Source of the DNA: Squalus acanthias
Taxonomy: Eukaryota
NCBI GenBank assembly: GCA_030390025.1
Contig: CM059432.1
Coordinates: 76,572,001 to 76,636,000 of the forward strand
Direction: 5' to 3'
Length of the DNA stretch: 64,000 bases
The first letter of the stretch is position 1; each line of letters opens with the position of its first letter. Shown piece after piece: positions 50,600 to 62,854 of the stretch. A program made the translations under genes and the position numbers. Below the pieces are notes generated by a model. It was not told the DNA's origin and searched no databases. It saw nothing but the letters and a program-made list of their open reading frames with translations.

Positions 50600-51680
50600 A
50601 CTTCATTTATGCAGTGCCTTTAATATAATAAACCATCACAAAGTGCTTCACAGAGGTAAATAGATACTGAGCACTGATGAGAAACAGTTAGGGGAGGTGA
50701 CTGCACAGCAAGCTTAAAGAGGTAGATTTTGAGGAGGGTATTGAAGCAAAGGAGAGAGGTAGCAAGGCAAGAGGGTTTATGGAGAGTATTTCAGCGTGTT
50801 TGGTCAAGATGGTGAGGGCACAGGTTGCCACATAGGGCAGAAACAGGTTGCAGATGTTGGGAGGGCCAAGGCCATGGAGGAACTTGTAAACATACTTAGG
50901 GATTTTTAATTTGGTGCATGAAGGATGGGAGCTAATGGAAGTGGTAAAAGGTTGGGGTGATAAAAAGAAAAGGAAGACTTGCATTTATATAGTGCCTTTC
51001 ATGACCACTGGATGTCCCAAAGGGCTTTACAGCCAATGAAGCACTTTGGAAGTGTAGTCACTGTTGTAAAGTAGGAAAAGCAACAGCCAAATTGCACACA
51101 GGAAGCTCCCACAAACAGCAATGTGATAATGACCAGATAATCTGTTTTTCAGCGATGTTGATTGAGGGATAAATGATGGCCAGGACACCAGGGATAACTC
51201 CCCTGCTCTTCTATGAATGGTGCCATGGCATCTTTCATATCCATCTGAGAGAGCAGATGGTGCCTCGGTTTAATGTCTCATCCGACAGTGCAGCACCTCC
51301 TCAGTACTGCACTGGAGTGTCAGCCTAGATTTATGTGCTCAAATCCCTGGAGTGGGTCTTTGAGCCCACAACCTTCTGACTCAGAGGCAAGGGTGCTACC
51401 AACTGAGCCACAGCTGACAGTCCAGGGGAGCATTATGTGATAGGATGCATGCAGCAGAGTTTTGGTTGAGTTACAATTAATAAAGGGTGGAATTCAGGAG
51501 GTGGCCAGCAAGTGGGAGATTGGAATAATCAAACCTTGAGGTGCTGAAAGCGTGAATGAGACTTTGATGCCAGCAGGGTGAGGCGGAGAGAAGGTGGAAA
51601 TATTTTGGAGGTGGAAATAGGTGATATTGCTGGTGCCTTGCATTTGGGCTTTGAAGCTCAGTTCAGGTCAAATAGGACAT
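50600..51680 (-). mobile_element. L2-type LINE 3' relic, interrupted by the SINE at 50977-51418
   Basis: LKIPKYVYKFLHGLGPPNICNLFLPY resembles the L2 ORF2 C-terminus; tail near 50600. Confidence 0.6.
50977..51418 (-). mobile_element. Full-length tRNA-derived SINE (SacSINE1/Deu-domain-like) with L2-type tail
   Basis: Minus strand: A-box TGGCTCAGTTGG, degenerate B-box, core cagtactgaggaggtgctgcactgtcggatgagacattaaaccgagg, tail gaaaggcactatataaatgcaagt. Confidence 0.8.
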
Positions 51681-52270
51681 CATTCATGCCTTTCAAGTAT
51701 GTTGCAGTCTATAACTCATTCCAGCCCAATTTTATATAACGTTAAGAATTTGTGTAAATTTCAGGAGAGAAATAACAGTTTATGTGTACCTTGATGTCAT
51801 CATGGACATACGAATTCAAATTTTCCTAGATTTCCTATGCAAATGAGAACATAAAAAACTATGGATGAGCATTCAGCCCATTAAAGTACAACTCTTCCAT
51901 CACTAGATCAATTATAAACCTCTCAATGACTAAACCAACATTTTGCAAGTTATAATAAAATAATAAAAGTTAATAATAAGTAATAAAAGTTACAAGTTAT
52001 TTTATTCATAGAATATTGGGAATGTTAACTGTTCAGTGGTCTGCACAGCAAGGTTAAAGAGATAGGTTTTCTGAATGTTTTTCCGAGTCCACACAAATCC
52101 TTATAAATATGTTGCTACAAATAAAAAGAATGAAGGACATACCTGTGGCTCTTGTCATATACTTACTATGATTATATATTTTTGTTATATGACTCGTGTT
52201 ATTTAGTATGAGGAAAAACTAGATAAACAACTTATTCTGATGAGCCAGACTGTTGTACCACTGATGCAAT

Positions 52271-52453
52271 GAGGTAGATTTTAACTTGTCGCCCAGGCTT
52301 AACATTGGTGTTGTGGATCGGCTGCCTGTTATAGAAACCAGCTGATTTGCATTCCCGTTGAAATCAGTACAAATGAAAATAGCTGGTTTCTATAATGGGT
52401 GCCAGTCCACAACGCCAGTTTTATACCCGAGTGGAAAGTTGAAAATCTACCCC
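52271..52453. mobile_element. Short palindromic MITE
   Basis: TIRs GAGGTAGATTTT / AAAATCTACCCC; inner arms ttatagaaaccagct / agctggtttctataa. Confidence 0.75.
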
Positions 52454-52504
52454 AGCATCTTAGTCCCATTTTGCTGCCCTTTACTACCTGACCACACAGT
52501 ATCA

Positions 52505-52662
52505 AAACCAACATAACAAAAACAGATTATCTGGTCATTATCACATTGCTGTTTGTGGGACCTTGCTGTGCGCTAATTGGCTGTCGCTTTTCCTACATTA
52601 CAACAGTGACTACACTTCCAAAGTGCTTCATTGGCTGAAAAGCCCTTTGGGACATCCGGTGG
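52505..52662 (+). mobile_element. 3' half of the Deu-type SINE
   Basis: Reverse complement match to ~51010-51150. Confidence 0.8.
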
Positions 52663-52671
52663 TCTGAACAT

Positions 52672-53975
52672 CTGAACTGTAGCATTTTGTAATCTCTCTC
52701 CATTTAAATAATAATTTGCTTTTTTATATTTCCTGCCAAAGTGGATAACCTCACACTTTCCCACATTATACTCCATCTGCCAAATGTTTGCCCATTCACT
52801 TAATCTGTCTATATCCCTTTGCAGATTCTTTGAGTCCTCTGCACAACTTGCTTTCCCACCCATCTTTGGATCATCCGCAAAATTGGCTACATTATACTCG
52901 GTCCCTTCATTCAAGTCATTAATGTAGATTGTAAATAGTTCAGGCCTCAGCACCGATCCCTGTGGCACCCCACTAGTTACCGTTTGCCAACCGGAAAATG
53001 ACCCATTTATCCCAACTCTCTGCTTTCTGTTAGTTAGCCAGTTTTCTATCCATGCTAATATATTACCCCCAACCTTGTAAGCTCTTATCTTGTGTAGTAA
53101 CCTTTTATGTGGCACCTTATCGAATACCTTCTGGAAATCCAAATACACGACATCTACTGGTTCCCCTTTATCCACCCTGCTCATTACATCCTCAAAGAAT
53201 TCCAGCAAATTTGTCAAACATGATTTCCCTTTCATAAAACCATGCTGACTCTGCTTGACTATATTATGATTTTCTAAATGTCCTGCTACCACTTCCTTAA
53301 TGATGGACTCCAGCATTTTCCCAGTGACAGATGTTAGGCTAACTGGTCGATAGTTGCCTGCTTTCTGTCTCCCTCCTTTCTCAAATAGGGGCGTTACATT
53401 TGCAGTTTTGCAGTCCGCTGGGACCTCCCCAGAATCCAGGGAATTTTGGTAGATTACAACCAATGCATCCACTATCTCTGCAGCCACCTCTTTTAAGACT
53501 CTAGGATGCAGGCCATCGGGTTCAGGGGACTTGTCCACCTTTAGTCCCATTAGTTTGCCTAGTACTTTCTCTCTAGTGATAGTGATTGTTTTAAGTTCCT
53601 CCCCCCCCCCCACCCCAATAGCCCCTTGATTATCCATTATTGGAATGCTTTTAGTGTCTTCTACCGTGAAGATCGATACAAAATATTTGTTCAAAGTCAC
53701 CGCCATTTCCCTGTTTCCCATTATTAATTCCCCAGACTCATCCTCTAGGGGACCAATGTTTACTTTAGCTACTCTCTTCCTTTTTATATACCTGTAGAAG
53801 CTTTTACTGTCTGTTTTTATATTTCTTGCTAGCTTACACTCATAAGCTATCTTCTCTCTATCATTTTTTTAGTTGTCCTTTGCTGGTTTTTAAAAATTTC
53901 CCAATCCTCTGGCCTTTCACTATTCTTCGCAACATTGTATGCTTTTGTTTTCAATTTGATACCATCCTTTACTTC
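52672..53975 (-). mobile_element. CR1-type LINE internal RT fragment
   Basis: ORF 52573-53721 with [37 protein letters not shown]. Confidence 0.92.
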
Positions 53976-54859
53976 CTTAGATTGTCTCCTTGGGTGAGGG
54001 GAATCTCACACTGGTTGGCTTTGGTGCTCTCTGGTGTCAAATTGGGACCTAGCATCAGAAGTACACATTTTGAGCCAATGTGCACCTAAAACCTTTATAC
54101 ATCCTTTTTGCACAAGACTGGCAGTATAACTGCACCCATAATCATCCCAATACATGTGCGATTAAATAACAGTGAAATATTACAGATTTTAAAGCCAGTC
54201 AGTGTTAACTATTATAGTTTTTGGCAGTTAGCATGTAATTTAAGATACAATTTTGACCATATGACAGTTCACACACATTTGCACCCAGTAAATAGGTTCT
54301 CAAGAGGCAATAAATAATTTTCTTTGCAAGCTGACAGTTCACACTCCTCAAGAGTTATGTTAAGAAGCTGTCAAATATCTGTGAATTCTGTAGCAGTATT
54401 TCTGAATCTTGTGAAATGTGAGTTATTCTTGACTAAATTGATCTGCAAAAGGCTGGAGGCTGTGTATTGTCCTGACTGCCTGAGGGCAGCAAGTACAGAC
54501 AGAAAGAAGAAAAATGGGAAATCAACTGTTCTAGTCACTAGCCTTGTGGTAACAAACAGAATTTGGAATCAAGAGAATGTTTTTTTTAAATAAATTAGTG
54601 CGTGGTGTACATTTAGAAATTGTTTTTGCTGAACTAAAGTCAATAATTGGTTCACATGTGAAAAATGCGACCATTATCTAATGTCATCTGCTGTCTTGCT
54701 TTGATAATACTCCATATCTGTATGTGTTTTGATATTGTAATGCTTTGGTTCGGTTTTAAGCATGTGCAAATATGTAGAACAGTTCAAAGAAAATTCAGAG
54801 ACCTCTTCTTCTGAAGGCATTTCTGGTTGATTAACTAATTTTTAGTTAAAAGAAGCCTG

Positions 54860-55240
54860 AAACTTGTGTTCTTTCCACCCATGCTATTGATGCTATTGAG
54901 TGCTCTGCAAGTCTCCTTCATCAGAGGGAAGGAGGGAATGGCAAATGTTGCTTTATGCTGACAACTATTCCCTTGAAGGACATTTGGAGGAAGAGCTCCA
55001 ACTCATCAATGACCGCTTTGCTACAGCCACTATGGACTAAAATCAGTTTAGAAAATACATGGTTTTGCAACACCTAGAACTGGGCAAGCTGCATGGCACA
55101 CTGAAAGTCACCATTAACAGATTATAGTCCAGCAACTCACACCTGAACAACAACATTTCCACTGGTAGGAGATGCAAACAGTAGGTTACAAGCTGAATCA
55201 AGAAACCAAGAGCATCTCAAGGAATGGGTATTTGAGCAAC
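54860..55240 (+). mobile_element. RTE-clade LINE relic, 5' piece
   Basis: LLYADN, EELQLINDRFATA, GLKISL; ends at ...EWVFEQ. Confidence 0.6.
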
Positions 55241-55321
55241 AACAACGACAACTTGCATTTATATAGCACCTTTAACATAGTAAAATGTCCCAAGGCGCTC
55301 CACAGGAGCATTATCAAACAA
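55237..55321 (-). mobile_element. L2-type tail fragment
   Basis: Reverse complement match to the tail at ~47385-47472. Confidence 0.7.
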
Positions 55322-55621
55322 ATGGCTGTAGAGATAGTGGATGCAGTGTTTGTAATCTACCAAAATTCCCTGGATTCTGGAGAGGTCCCAGTGGATTGGA
55401 AAACTGCAAATGTAACACCCCTATTCAAGAAAGGAGGGAGGCAAAAATCAGGAAACTATAGGCCAGTTAGCCCAACATCTGTCATTGGGAAAATGCTGGA
55501 ATCCATTATTAAGGAAGTAATAGCAGGACATTTAGAAAATCATAATACAATCAAGCAGAGTCAACATGGTTTTATGAAAGGAAAATAGCGTTTGCCAAAT
55601 TTACGAGAGTTCCTTGAGGAT

Positions 55622-56569
55622 CATAGAATCATAGAAAGTTACAGCACGGAAGGAGACCATTTCAGCCCATCGTGTCCGTGCCGGCCAACAAAGTGTTATC
55701 CAGCCTAATCCCACTTCCCAGCTCTTGGTCCGTAGCCCTGCAGGTTAGAGCATCAAAGTACTTTTTAAATGTGGTTAGGGTTCCTGCCTCTACAATCCTT
55801 TCAGGCAGTGAATTCCAGATCCCCTCAACCCTCTGGGTGAAGAAATTTCCCCTCAAATCCCCTCTAAACCTTCCCCCAATTACTTTAAATCTGTGCCCCC
55901 TGGTTTTTGACCCCACTGCTAAGGGAAATAGGTCCTTTCTATCCACTTTATCTATGCCCTCATAATTTTATACACCTCAATAAGGTCTCCCCTCAGCCTC
56001 CTCTGTTCCAAGGAAAACAGACCCAGCCTATCCAGTCTTTCCTCATAGCTAAGATTTTCTACTCCTGGCAAAATCCTTGTAAATCTCCTCTGTACCCTCT
56101 CTAGTGCAATCACATCTTTCCTGTAATGTGGTGACCAGAACTGCACACAGTACTTTAGCTGAGGCCTAACTACTGTTTTATACAGTTGAAGCATAACCCC
56201 CCTGCTCTTGTATTCTATGCCACGGCTAATAAAGGCAAGCATTCCGTATGCCTTCTTAACCACCTTATCTACTTGGCCTGCTACCTTCAGGGATCTGTGG
56301 ACATGCACTCCAAGGTCCCTTTGTTCCTCTACACTACTCAGTGTCCTACCATTTCATGTGTATTCCCTTTCCTTGTTAGCCCTCCCCAAATGCATTACCT
56401 CACACTTCTCCGGATTGAATTCCATTTGCCACTGTTCTGCCCACCTGACCAATTTATTGATATCTTCCTGCAGTCTACAGCTTCCTTCTTCAGTATCAAC
56501 CACACAGCTGATTTTAGTATCATCTGCAAACTTCTTAATCATACCCCCTATATTCAAGTCAAGATCGTT
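55622..56569 (-). mobile_element. CR1-type LINE 3' fragment nested antisense in the host CR1
   Basis: KFADDTKI...QFWSPHYRKD...FFTQRV; tail at 55622. GAT at both junctions. Confidence 0.9.
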
Positions 56570-57717
56570 GATGTAACGAGCAGGGTGCAAAAATGGGAAC
56601 CAGTAGATGTAGTGTATTTGGATTTCCAGAAGGCATTCGATAAGGTGCCACATAAAAGGTTACTGCACAAGATAAGAGCTCTCGAGGTTGGGGGTAATAT
56701 ATTAGCATGGATAGAGGATTGGCCAACTAACAGAAAACAAAGAGTCGGGATAAATGGGTAATTTTCCGGTTGGCAAACTGTAACTAGTGGGGTGCCACAG
56801 GGATCAGTGCTGGGGCCTCAACTATTTACAATCTATATTAATGACTTGGATGAAGGGACCGAGTGTACTGTAGCCAAATTTACTGATGATACAAAGATAG
56901 GTGGGAAAGCAAGTTGTGAGGAGGACACAAAGGGCTGGATATTGTGAATGGAGGCAAGTTGGAGGCGGGACTGCTGCTTGTCGTGTCAATGTCCCGCCTT
57001 CATCCTCGCCTGACCAATCAGAGGGATTTGCCCCTGATTGAGCTTGTTAAGCCCGCCCTGCGGGCTCAGCAGGCCAATTAGGGAGGAAGTCACTGACAGA
57101 TCACATCAACGTCAGATGTGCTATCTGTCAAGACTTCTTGAAAGAAGAAATGACAGTGTTTGACGGCTGTCAAACACTGACATTCTCTTTAGTTTGATGA
57201 GACTTTGTGGTGAGGACTCATCAAACCTTTCAACTTTGTAAATTTCACATGTCTATAAAATCAGAGGATCCAACAGCCATTATGTGAAATTGACAAGGAG
57301 AATATCGGCTCTCCCCATCCAGCGCGGCTAAAGGCTGTAGAAAGAAAATAAGGTAAGTGCACACTTTTTTAAACTTATCATGCACCTTACATACTTACCA
57401 CTCCACACTTGCACCCATCACTCACCTCTACACCTTACTTCCAGGTGCCTCCGACCAGCGTAGACCTCCTCCACGTCTCCTCCAACCCGGCGGGGTTCTC
57501 CGAGGTCTGGAAGCCTTCACCTGTGAAGGTAAAATGGCACTAATCCTTTTTTCTGCCTGTTAACTACCTGTTAACAGGCAGATAAAAGGATTAAATGCCT
57601 TTCCCGCCTCCAGGAGATGGGCCCTGAAGCTGTACATCTTCCCGTCTCCTGGCAAAAGGGCACGGATGCGGGATGGGGGCAGGTTTGCCATCCGTCCCCA
57701 CTTTCTCTGATTTTAAT

Positions 57718-60270
57718 ACAGAATCTATATGGGTGGAGCTAAGAAATAGCGAGGGGCGAAAAACATTAATAGGAGTGGTATATAGGCCTCCAAATAGTAA
57801 AATAGAGGTTGGGGAGGGCATCACGAGGGAAATTAGAGAAGCGTGCAATAAGAGCACAGCTGTCATCATAGGTGACTTTAACTTACATATAGATTGGAAT
57901 AGCCTAATCAGTAAAAATAATGAGGAGGAGGAATTCCTTGAGTGTTTAAGGGATGGTTATCTGGATCAATATGTCGAGGAACCAACTCGGGAACAGGCTA
58001 TATTGGACTGGGTACTGTGCAATGAGAAGGGACTAATTAGTAATCTTGTTGTACGGGGACCCTTGGGTCAGAGCGATCATAACATGATCGATTTCTCACT
58101 CGAAATGGAGAGCGAAGAAATTGACTCAGATACTAAGGTCCTGAATTTAAACAAGGGGAATTATGATGCCATTAGACGGGAACTGAGTAGGTCTGATTGG
58201 ACAACGTTCCTGGGAGGACTGGAGGTAGATAAACAATGGCAAGCATTTAAAGATAGAATGACAAAATTGCAAAAATTGTTTATACCAATCTGGCATAAAA
58301 GGAAATCTAAAAAGGTGACTCAACCGTGGATAACAGGGGAAATTAGAGACAGCATAAAATCCAAAGATAGGGCGTATAAAATAGCCAAAAAAAGCGCCAG
58401 AGCGGAAGATTGGGAACAGTTTAAGATAGAGCAAAGGAGGACAAAGGGCTTAATCAAGAGGGGCAAAATAGCTTACGAAAGCAAGCTGGCGGAAAATATA
58501 AAAACTAACTCCAAAAGCTTTTATAAGTATATCAAGAGGAAAAGACTGGTGAAAACCAAAGTTGGCCCATTGCAGTCAGATACGGGGGAATATATAACGG
58601 GAAATAAAGAAATGGCAGACCAACTAAATGCATACTTTGGGTCAGTCTTTACGAAGGAAGACACAAAAAACCTCCCTGGGATATCGGGAAAAATAGGGAC
58701 ATTTGCAAAGGAGGAACTGACGCAAGTCAATATCTCTAAGGATATGGTGTTAAGGAAGCTAAAGGGATTGAAGGCGGACAAATCCCCAGGGCCTGATAAC
58801 ATGCATCCTAGGGTGCTGAAGGAGGTGGCCCCAGAGATAGCGGATGCACTAAGTATGATTTTTCAGAATTCATTAGACTCGGGAACAGTGCCCATGGATT
58901 GGAGGGTAGCTAACGTTACCCCACTATTCAAAAAGGGGGGTAGGGAAAAAGCAGGTAATTACAGACCTGTAAGCCTTACATCAGTTGTGGGCAAAATGCT
59001 GGAGTCCATCATTAAGGATGAAATAGCGGAGCACTTAGCAAATGGGGACAGGATAGGACAGAGTCAACATGGATTTACAAAGGGTAAATCGTGCTTGACT
59101 AATCTATTGGAATTTTTTGAGGGAGTAACTGGTAAAATAGATGGGGGAGAGCCAGTAGATGTGATGTACCTGGACTTCCAAAAGGCCTTCGATAAGGTCC
59201 CACATAAAAGATTAGCAGGGAAAATTGAAGCTCATGGGATAAAGGGGAAAGTATTGACGTGGATAGAGAACTGGCTGTCAGATAGAAAACAGAGAGTTGG
59301 AATAAACGGCTCATTTTCTGAATGGCAGGCAGTAACAAGTGGGGTACCACAGGGATCTGTCCTGGGTCCCCAGCTGTTCACAATTTACATTAATGACCTG
59401 GATCAGGGAGTCGGATGCAGCATTTCCAAATTTGCAGACGACACTAAACTAGGAGGGGGGGTGGGCTCAGAGGAGGAGACCAGGAAGCTCCAGAGCGATT
59501 TGGACAGACTGGGTGATTGGGCGGATAAATGGCAGATGCACTATAATGTGGACAAGTGCGAAGTTATCCACCTTGGGTGCAGGAACGGGAGGGCAAATTA
59601 TTATTTAAATGGCAATAAATTGGGAGAGGGGGAAGTACAGAGAGACCTGGGTGTTCTTGTACACCAGTCACTGAAGGCGAGCATGCAGGTGCAACAGGCG
59701 ATCAAGAAGGCAAACGGTATGCTGGCCTTCATAGCAAAAGGGTTGGAATACAGGAACAGGGATACCTTGCTGCAGCTGTACAGGGCACTGGTGAGACCAC
59801 ACCTCGAGTACTGTGTACAGTTTTGGTCGCCTCATCTGAGGAAAGATGTTCTTGCCATGGAGGGGGTGCAGCGGCGATTCACCAGGCTGATACCAGGAAT
59901 GGCGGGATTGACCTATGAGGAGACACTATGTAGTTTAGGGATGTACACACTGGAGTTTAGAAGATTGAGAGGGGACCTCATAGAAGTGTATAAAATTCTG
60001 ACAGGTCTAGACAGACTAGATGCAGAAGGAATGTTTCCCTTGGCGGGTGAGAACAGAACTAGAGGACATAATTTAAGGATAAGGGCTAAACCATTTAGGA
60101 CAGAAATGAGGGGGAATTTCTTCACTCAGAGGGTGGTGAACCTGTGGAACTCATTGCCACAGAGGGCAGTGTACGCCAGCTCATTAAATATATTTAAGAG
60201 GGAATTAGATATATTTCTACAGGCAAAAGGGGTTAAGGGTTACGGAGAGAAGGCGGGGACGGGATACTGA
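57718..60270 (+). CDS. CR1 ORF2 (partial APE endonuclease + complete RT), ~850 codons open
   Basis: [54 protein letters not shown]. The listed ATG at 57673 lies in the flanking MITE. Confidence 0.9.
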   Translation, partial: TESIWVELRNSEGRKTLIGVVYRPPNSKIEVGEGITREIREACNKSTAVIIGDFNLHIDWNSLISKNNEEEEFLECLRDGYLDQYVEEPTREQAILDWVLCNEKGLISNLVVRGPLGQSDHNMIDFSLEMESEEIDSDTKVLNLNKGNYDAIRRELSRSDWTTFLGGLEVDKQWQAFKDRMTKLQKLFIPIWHKRKSKKVTQPWITGEIRDSIKSKDRAYKIAKKSARAEDWEQFKIEQRRTKGLIKRGKIAYESKLAENIKTNSKSFYKYIKRKRLVKTKVGPLQSDTGEYITGNKEMADQLNAYFGSVFTKEDTKNLPGISGKIGTFAKEELTQVNISKDMVLRKLKGLKADKSPGPDNMHPRVLKEVAPEIADALSMIFQNSLDSGTVPMDWRVANVTPLFKKGGREKAGNYRPVSLTSVVGKMLESIIKDEIAEHLANGDRIGQSQHGFTKGKSCLTNLLEFFEGVTGKIDGGEPVDVMYLDFQKAFDKVPHKRLAGKIEAHGIKGKVLTWIENWLSDRKQRVGINGSFSEWQAVTSGVPQGSVLGPQLFTIYINDLDQGVGCSISKFADDTKLGGGVGSEEETRKLQSDLDRLGDWADKWQMHYNVDKCEVIHLGCRNGRANYYLNGNKLGEGEVQRDLGVLVHQSLKASMQVQQAIKKANGMLAFIAKGLEYRNRDTLLQLYRALVRPHLEYCVQFWSPHLRKDVLAMEGVQRRFTRLIPGMAGLTYEETLCSLGMYTLEFRRLRGDLIEVYKILTGLDRLDAEGMFPLAGENRTRGHNLRIRAKPFRTEMRGNFFTQRVVNLWNSLPQRAVYASSLNIFKRELDIFLQAKGVKGYGEKAGTGY

Positions 60271-60372
60271 ATTGGAGGATCAGCCATGATCTCATTAAAT
60301 GGCGGAGCAGGCTCGAAGGGCTGGATGGCCTACTCCTGCTCCTATCTTCTATGTATCTATGTATCTATGTAT
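57718..60372 (+). mobile_element. Young 5'-truncated CR1-type LINE
   Basis: Uninterrupted ORF2 frame, 3' UTR and (atctatgt)n tail. Confidence 0.95.
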
Positions 60373-60610
60373 CCCGCCTCCATGCCCACCTCCTCGGGGC
60401 TTGGAAAATCCATCCCAAAGAGTCTGCAAAGGGATATAGATAGGTTAAGTTAGTGGGCAAAAATTTGGCAGATGGAGTATAATGTGGGAAAATGTGAGGT
60501 TGTTCACTTTTGTAGGAAAAATAAAAAAGCAAATTATTATTTAAATGGAGAGAGACTGCATAATGCTGCGGTACAGAGGGATCTGGGGGTCCTTGTACAT
60601 GAAACACAAA

Positions 60611-61372
60611 GGGCTCGATTTTGTCATTGGGGCGGGCTGGGGTCGTGTCATCCACTTTTCGTGTTAGCCACCCAACTCCAATTGGATGTGGGAGCATTAT
60701 TCGATTTTCCCCTAGTTGGGCAATTGAGTTCCAGCATGTGGGAACCCATGACCCAATTAGTGTTTTCAGTCTGAAAGTCGCCTCTGATGATGTCATCATT
60801 GCTGCTGCATTTAAGGTCTGCAAAGACTGGGAAGCTTTTGGCCTTTGCTGTGAGAGGGACCTGGAAGCAAAATGAGCAGCAGGAGACCTAAGTCTGCTCC
60901 CAGATTTTTTTGACCACCACCACCACCACCACCCTCACCCTCACCACCCTCTTGCTCCAGGCTCCAAAGTTCCACAACAATGGTTATGACTGCTAAAAGT
61001 TCCCCCAGAATGATGATTGATCAAATCTCCTTCTTAATGGTGGACCTGCAGCTGATAGTCAGCAATCCAAGTGTGCTACCACCAGGTTTCACCGTCGTGT
61101 TTCAGAGGAAGCGTGCATCACGTTGGAAAAGTGTTAAAATCAGAAAGGCCTCTCAAAATGGGATTATAGAGGCAATTAAGTGGTTGTTAAGGGCCTTAAG
61201 AGCCTATCCCGCCTCTTGGAGGTGGGACGGAGACGGGATCAGAAACCACGCATTTGGGAAAATTGCTCGGAGGCGGGATGGAGGCGGGGTCGGGCCCGCC
61301 CATCATTTTTTGCAATTTTAACACCCCACATGCCTCCATTCCCGCCTCCTAGGGCCTGGCAAAATCGAGCCC
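60611..61372. mobile_element. Harbinger-type non-autonomous element B
   Basis: Perfect 13-bp TIR GGGCTCGATTTTG / CAAAATCGAGCCC. TSD AAA on both sides. Confidence 0.92.
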
Positions 61373-62068
61373 AAAGAGTTAGCATGCAGGTACAGCAAGT
61401 AATTAGGAAGGCAAATGGAATGTTGGCCTTTATTGCAAGAGAGAGTATAAATGTAGGGAAGTCTTGCTACAATTGTACAGGGCGCTGATGAGACCACACC
61501 TGGAGTACTGTGTGTAGTTTTGGTCTCCTTATTTAAGGAGGGATATACTTGCATTGGAGGCAGTTTAGAGAAGGTTCACTAGGTTAATTCCTGAGATGAA
61601 GGGGTTGTCTTATGAAGAAAGATTGAGCAGGTTGGGCCTATACTCATTGGAGTTTAGAAGAATGAGAGGTGATCTTATTGAAACATATAAGATTCTGAGG
61701 GGGATTGACAGGGTAGATTCAGGGAGGATGTTTCCCCTTGTGGGGGAATCTAGAAATAGGGGGCACAGTTTCAGGATAAGGGGTCGCCCATTTAAAATGG
61801 AGATGAGGAGGAATTTCTTCTCTCAGAGGGTCGTGAATCTTTGGAATTCTCTACCCCAGAGAGCTGTGGAGGCTGAGTCATTGAATATATTCAAGGCGGA
61901 GATAGACAGATTTTTGAGCTACAGGGGAGTCATGGGTTATGGGGAGTGGGCGGGAAAGTGGCGTTGAGGCCAAGATCAGATCAGCCGTGATCTTATTGAA
62001 TGGCGGGGCAGGCTCGAGGGGCCAAATGGCCTACTCCTGCTCCTATTTCTTATGTTCTTATGTTCTTA

Positions 62069-62560
62069 AAGCTTAAAACCTATCAAGATATCATCATCCC
62101 ACCATATTGTGTGGCTGCAATCCTGAACCTGCTACAGAAAGCATGTGAAAGAACTTGCCAGGATTCACATGAGGCACCTCGGCAATACCCTGAATGTTAA
62201 ATGGCAGAAAAAAGTACCCAAAACTAAAGTTCTGACACGAGCAACACCACCAGCATTCATTCGATGCAGATAAGGGTGCAGCTGTGCTGGATCGGCCATG
62301 CAGTGAAAATGGATGAGGGCCAGCTCCCTAAAAAAAACTCTTATGGCAAGCCTGAGGAAGGAAAAGGCACAAGAGGTGACCAGCACTCTCAAACAACATC
62401 TGATTACCTGTGGCTATGCCTAAGGAGGACTGAGAGCAATGGATCAGTCAGGCTACTATCCCATTGTTTACAAAGGAACAATACGGTTCAAAACATCAGC
62501 AGCTGGCAGCCTAACAACAGAAAAGACTGAAGAGGAAGATTCAGCTGAAAGCTCAGCCTG
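62069..62560 (+). mobile_element. RTE-clade LINE relic, 3' piece
   Basis: KLKTYQDIIIP.ILCGC...TCYRKHVKEL..HMRHL...VKWQ.KVP...QLCWIGHAVKMDEGQLPK...YG. Confidence 0.75.
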
Positions 62561-62854
62561 CTAGTAATGGCAACCGATGCTACAAATTCAGATTTGGCAC
62601 CTTTAACATATTAAAACAACTTAGATTTCTGCGCCTGCATCAGCCTCACTAACCATCTGTGTGTGCATGCGCAATGGGAGAATGGGAACATGAAACCAAC
62701 CTGAGATTTTCTTTAGCATCCTTGTCGGAATTGACAGGGCAATCATCATCACAGGTTCTTTAGCTCACCTCTGTCAACAAAGATTTGTGATGTTTCTCTA
62801 ATGTAATTCTTCCAAATGTAGAAAAATTGGTTTGTTGGATATAAATTTAAAGAT

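Larger units (their letters stand above)
56932..60416. mobile_element. Harbinger-type non-autonomous element A (contains the young CR1)
   Basis: TIRs GGGCTGGATATT / AAAATCCATCCC. TSD AAA on both sides. Confidence 0.88.
55322..62068 (+). mobile_element. Host CR1-type LINE (5'-truncated) in four pieces: 55322-55621, 56573-56931, 60420-60610, 61376-62068
   Basis: Pieces rejoin in ORF2 order (FLED|VTSRV; EDTK|SLQRD; HETQ|RVSMQV). Tail ttcttatgttcttatgttctt. Confidence 0.92.

Noticed and set aside
51345..51418. tRNA gene
   Set aside because: It is the tRNA-derived head of a SINE, with a degenerate B-box, and runs straight into the SINE body.
57673..57717. ATG start of the 865-aa ORF
   Set aside because: The first ~15 codons come from the flanking MITE; the LINE is 5'-truncated.
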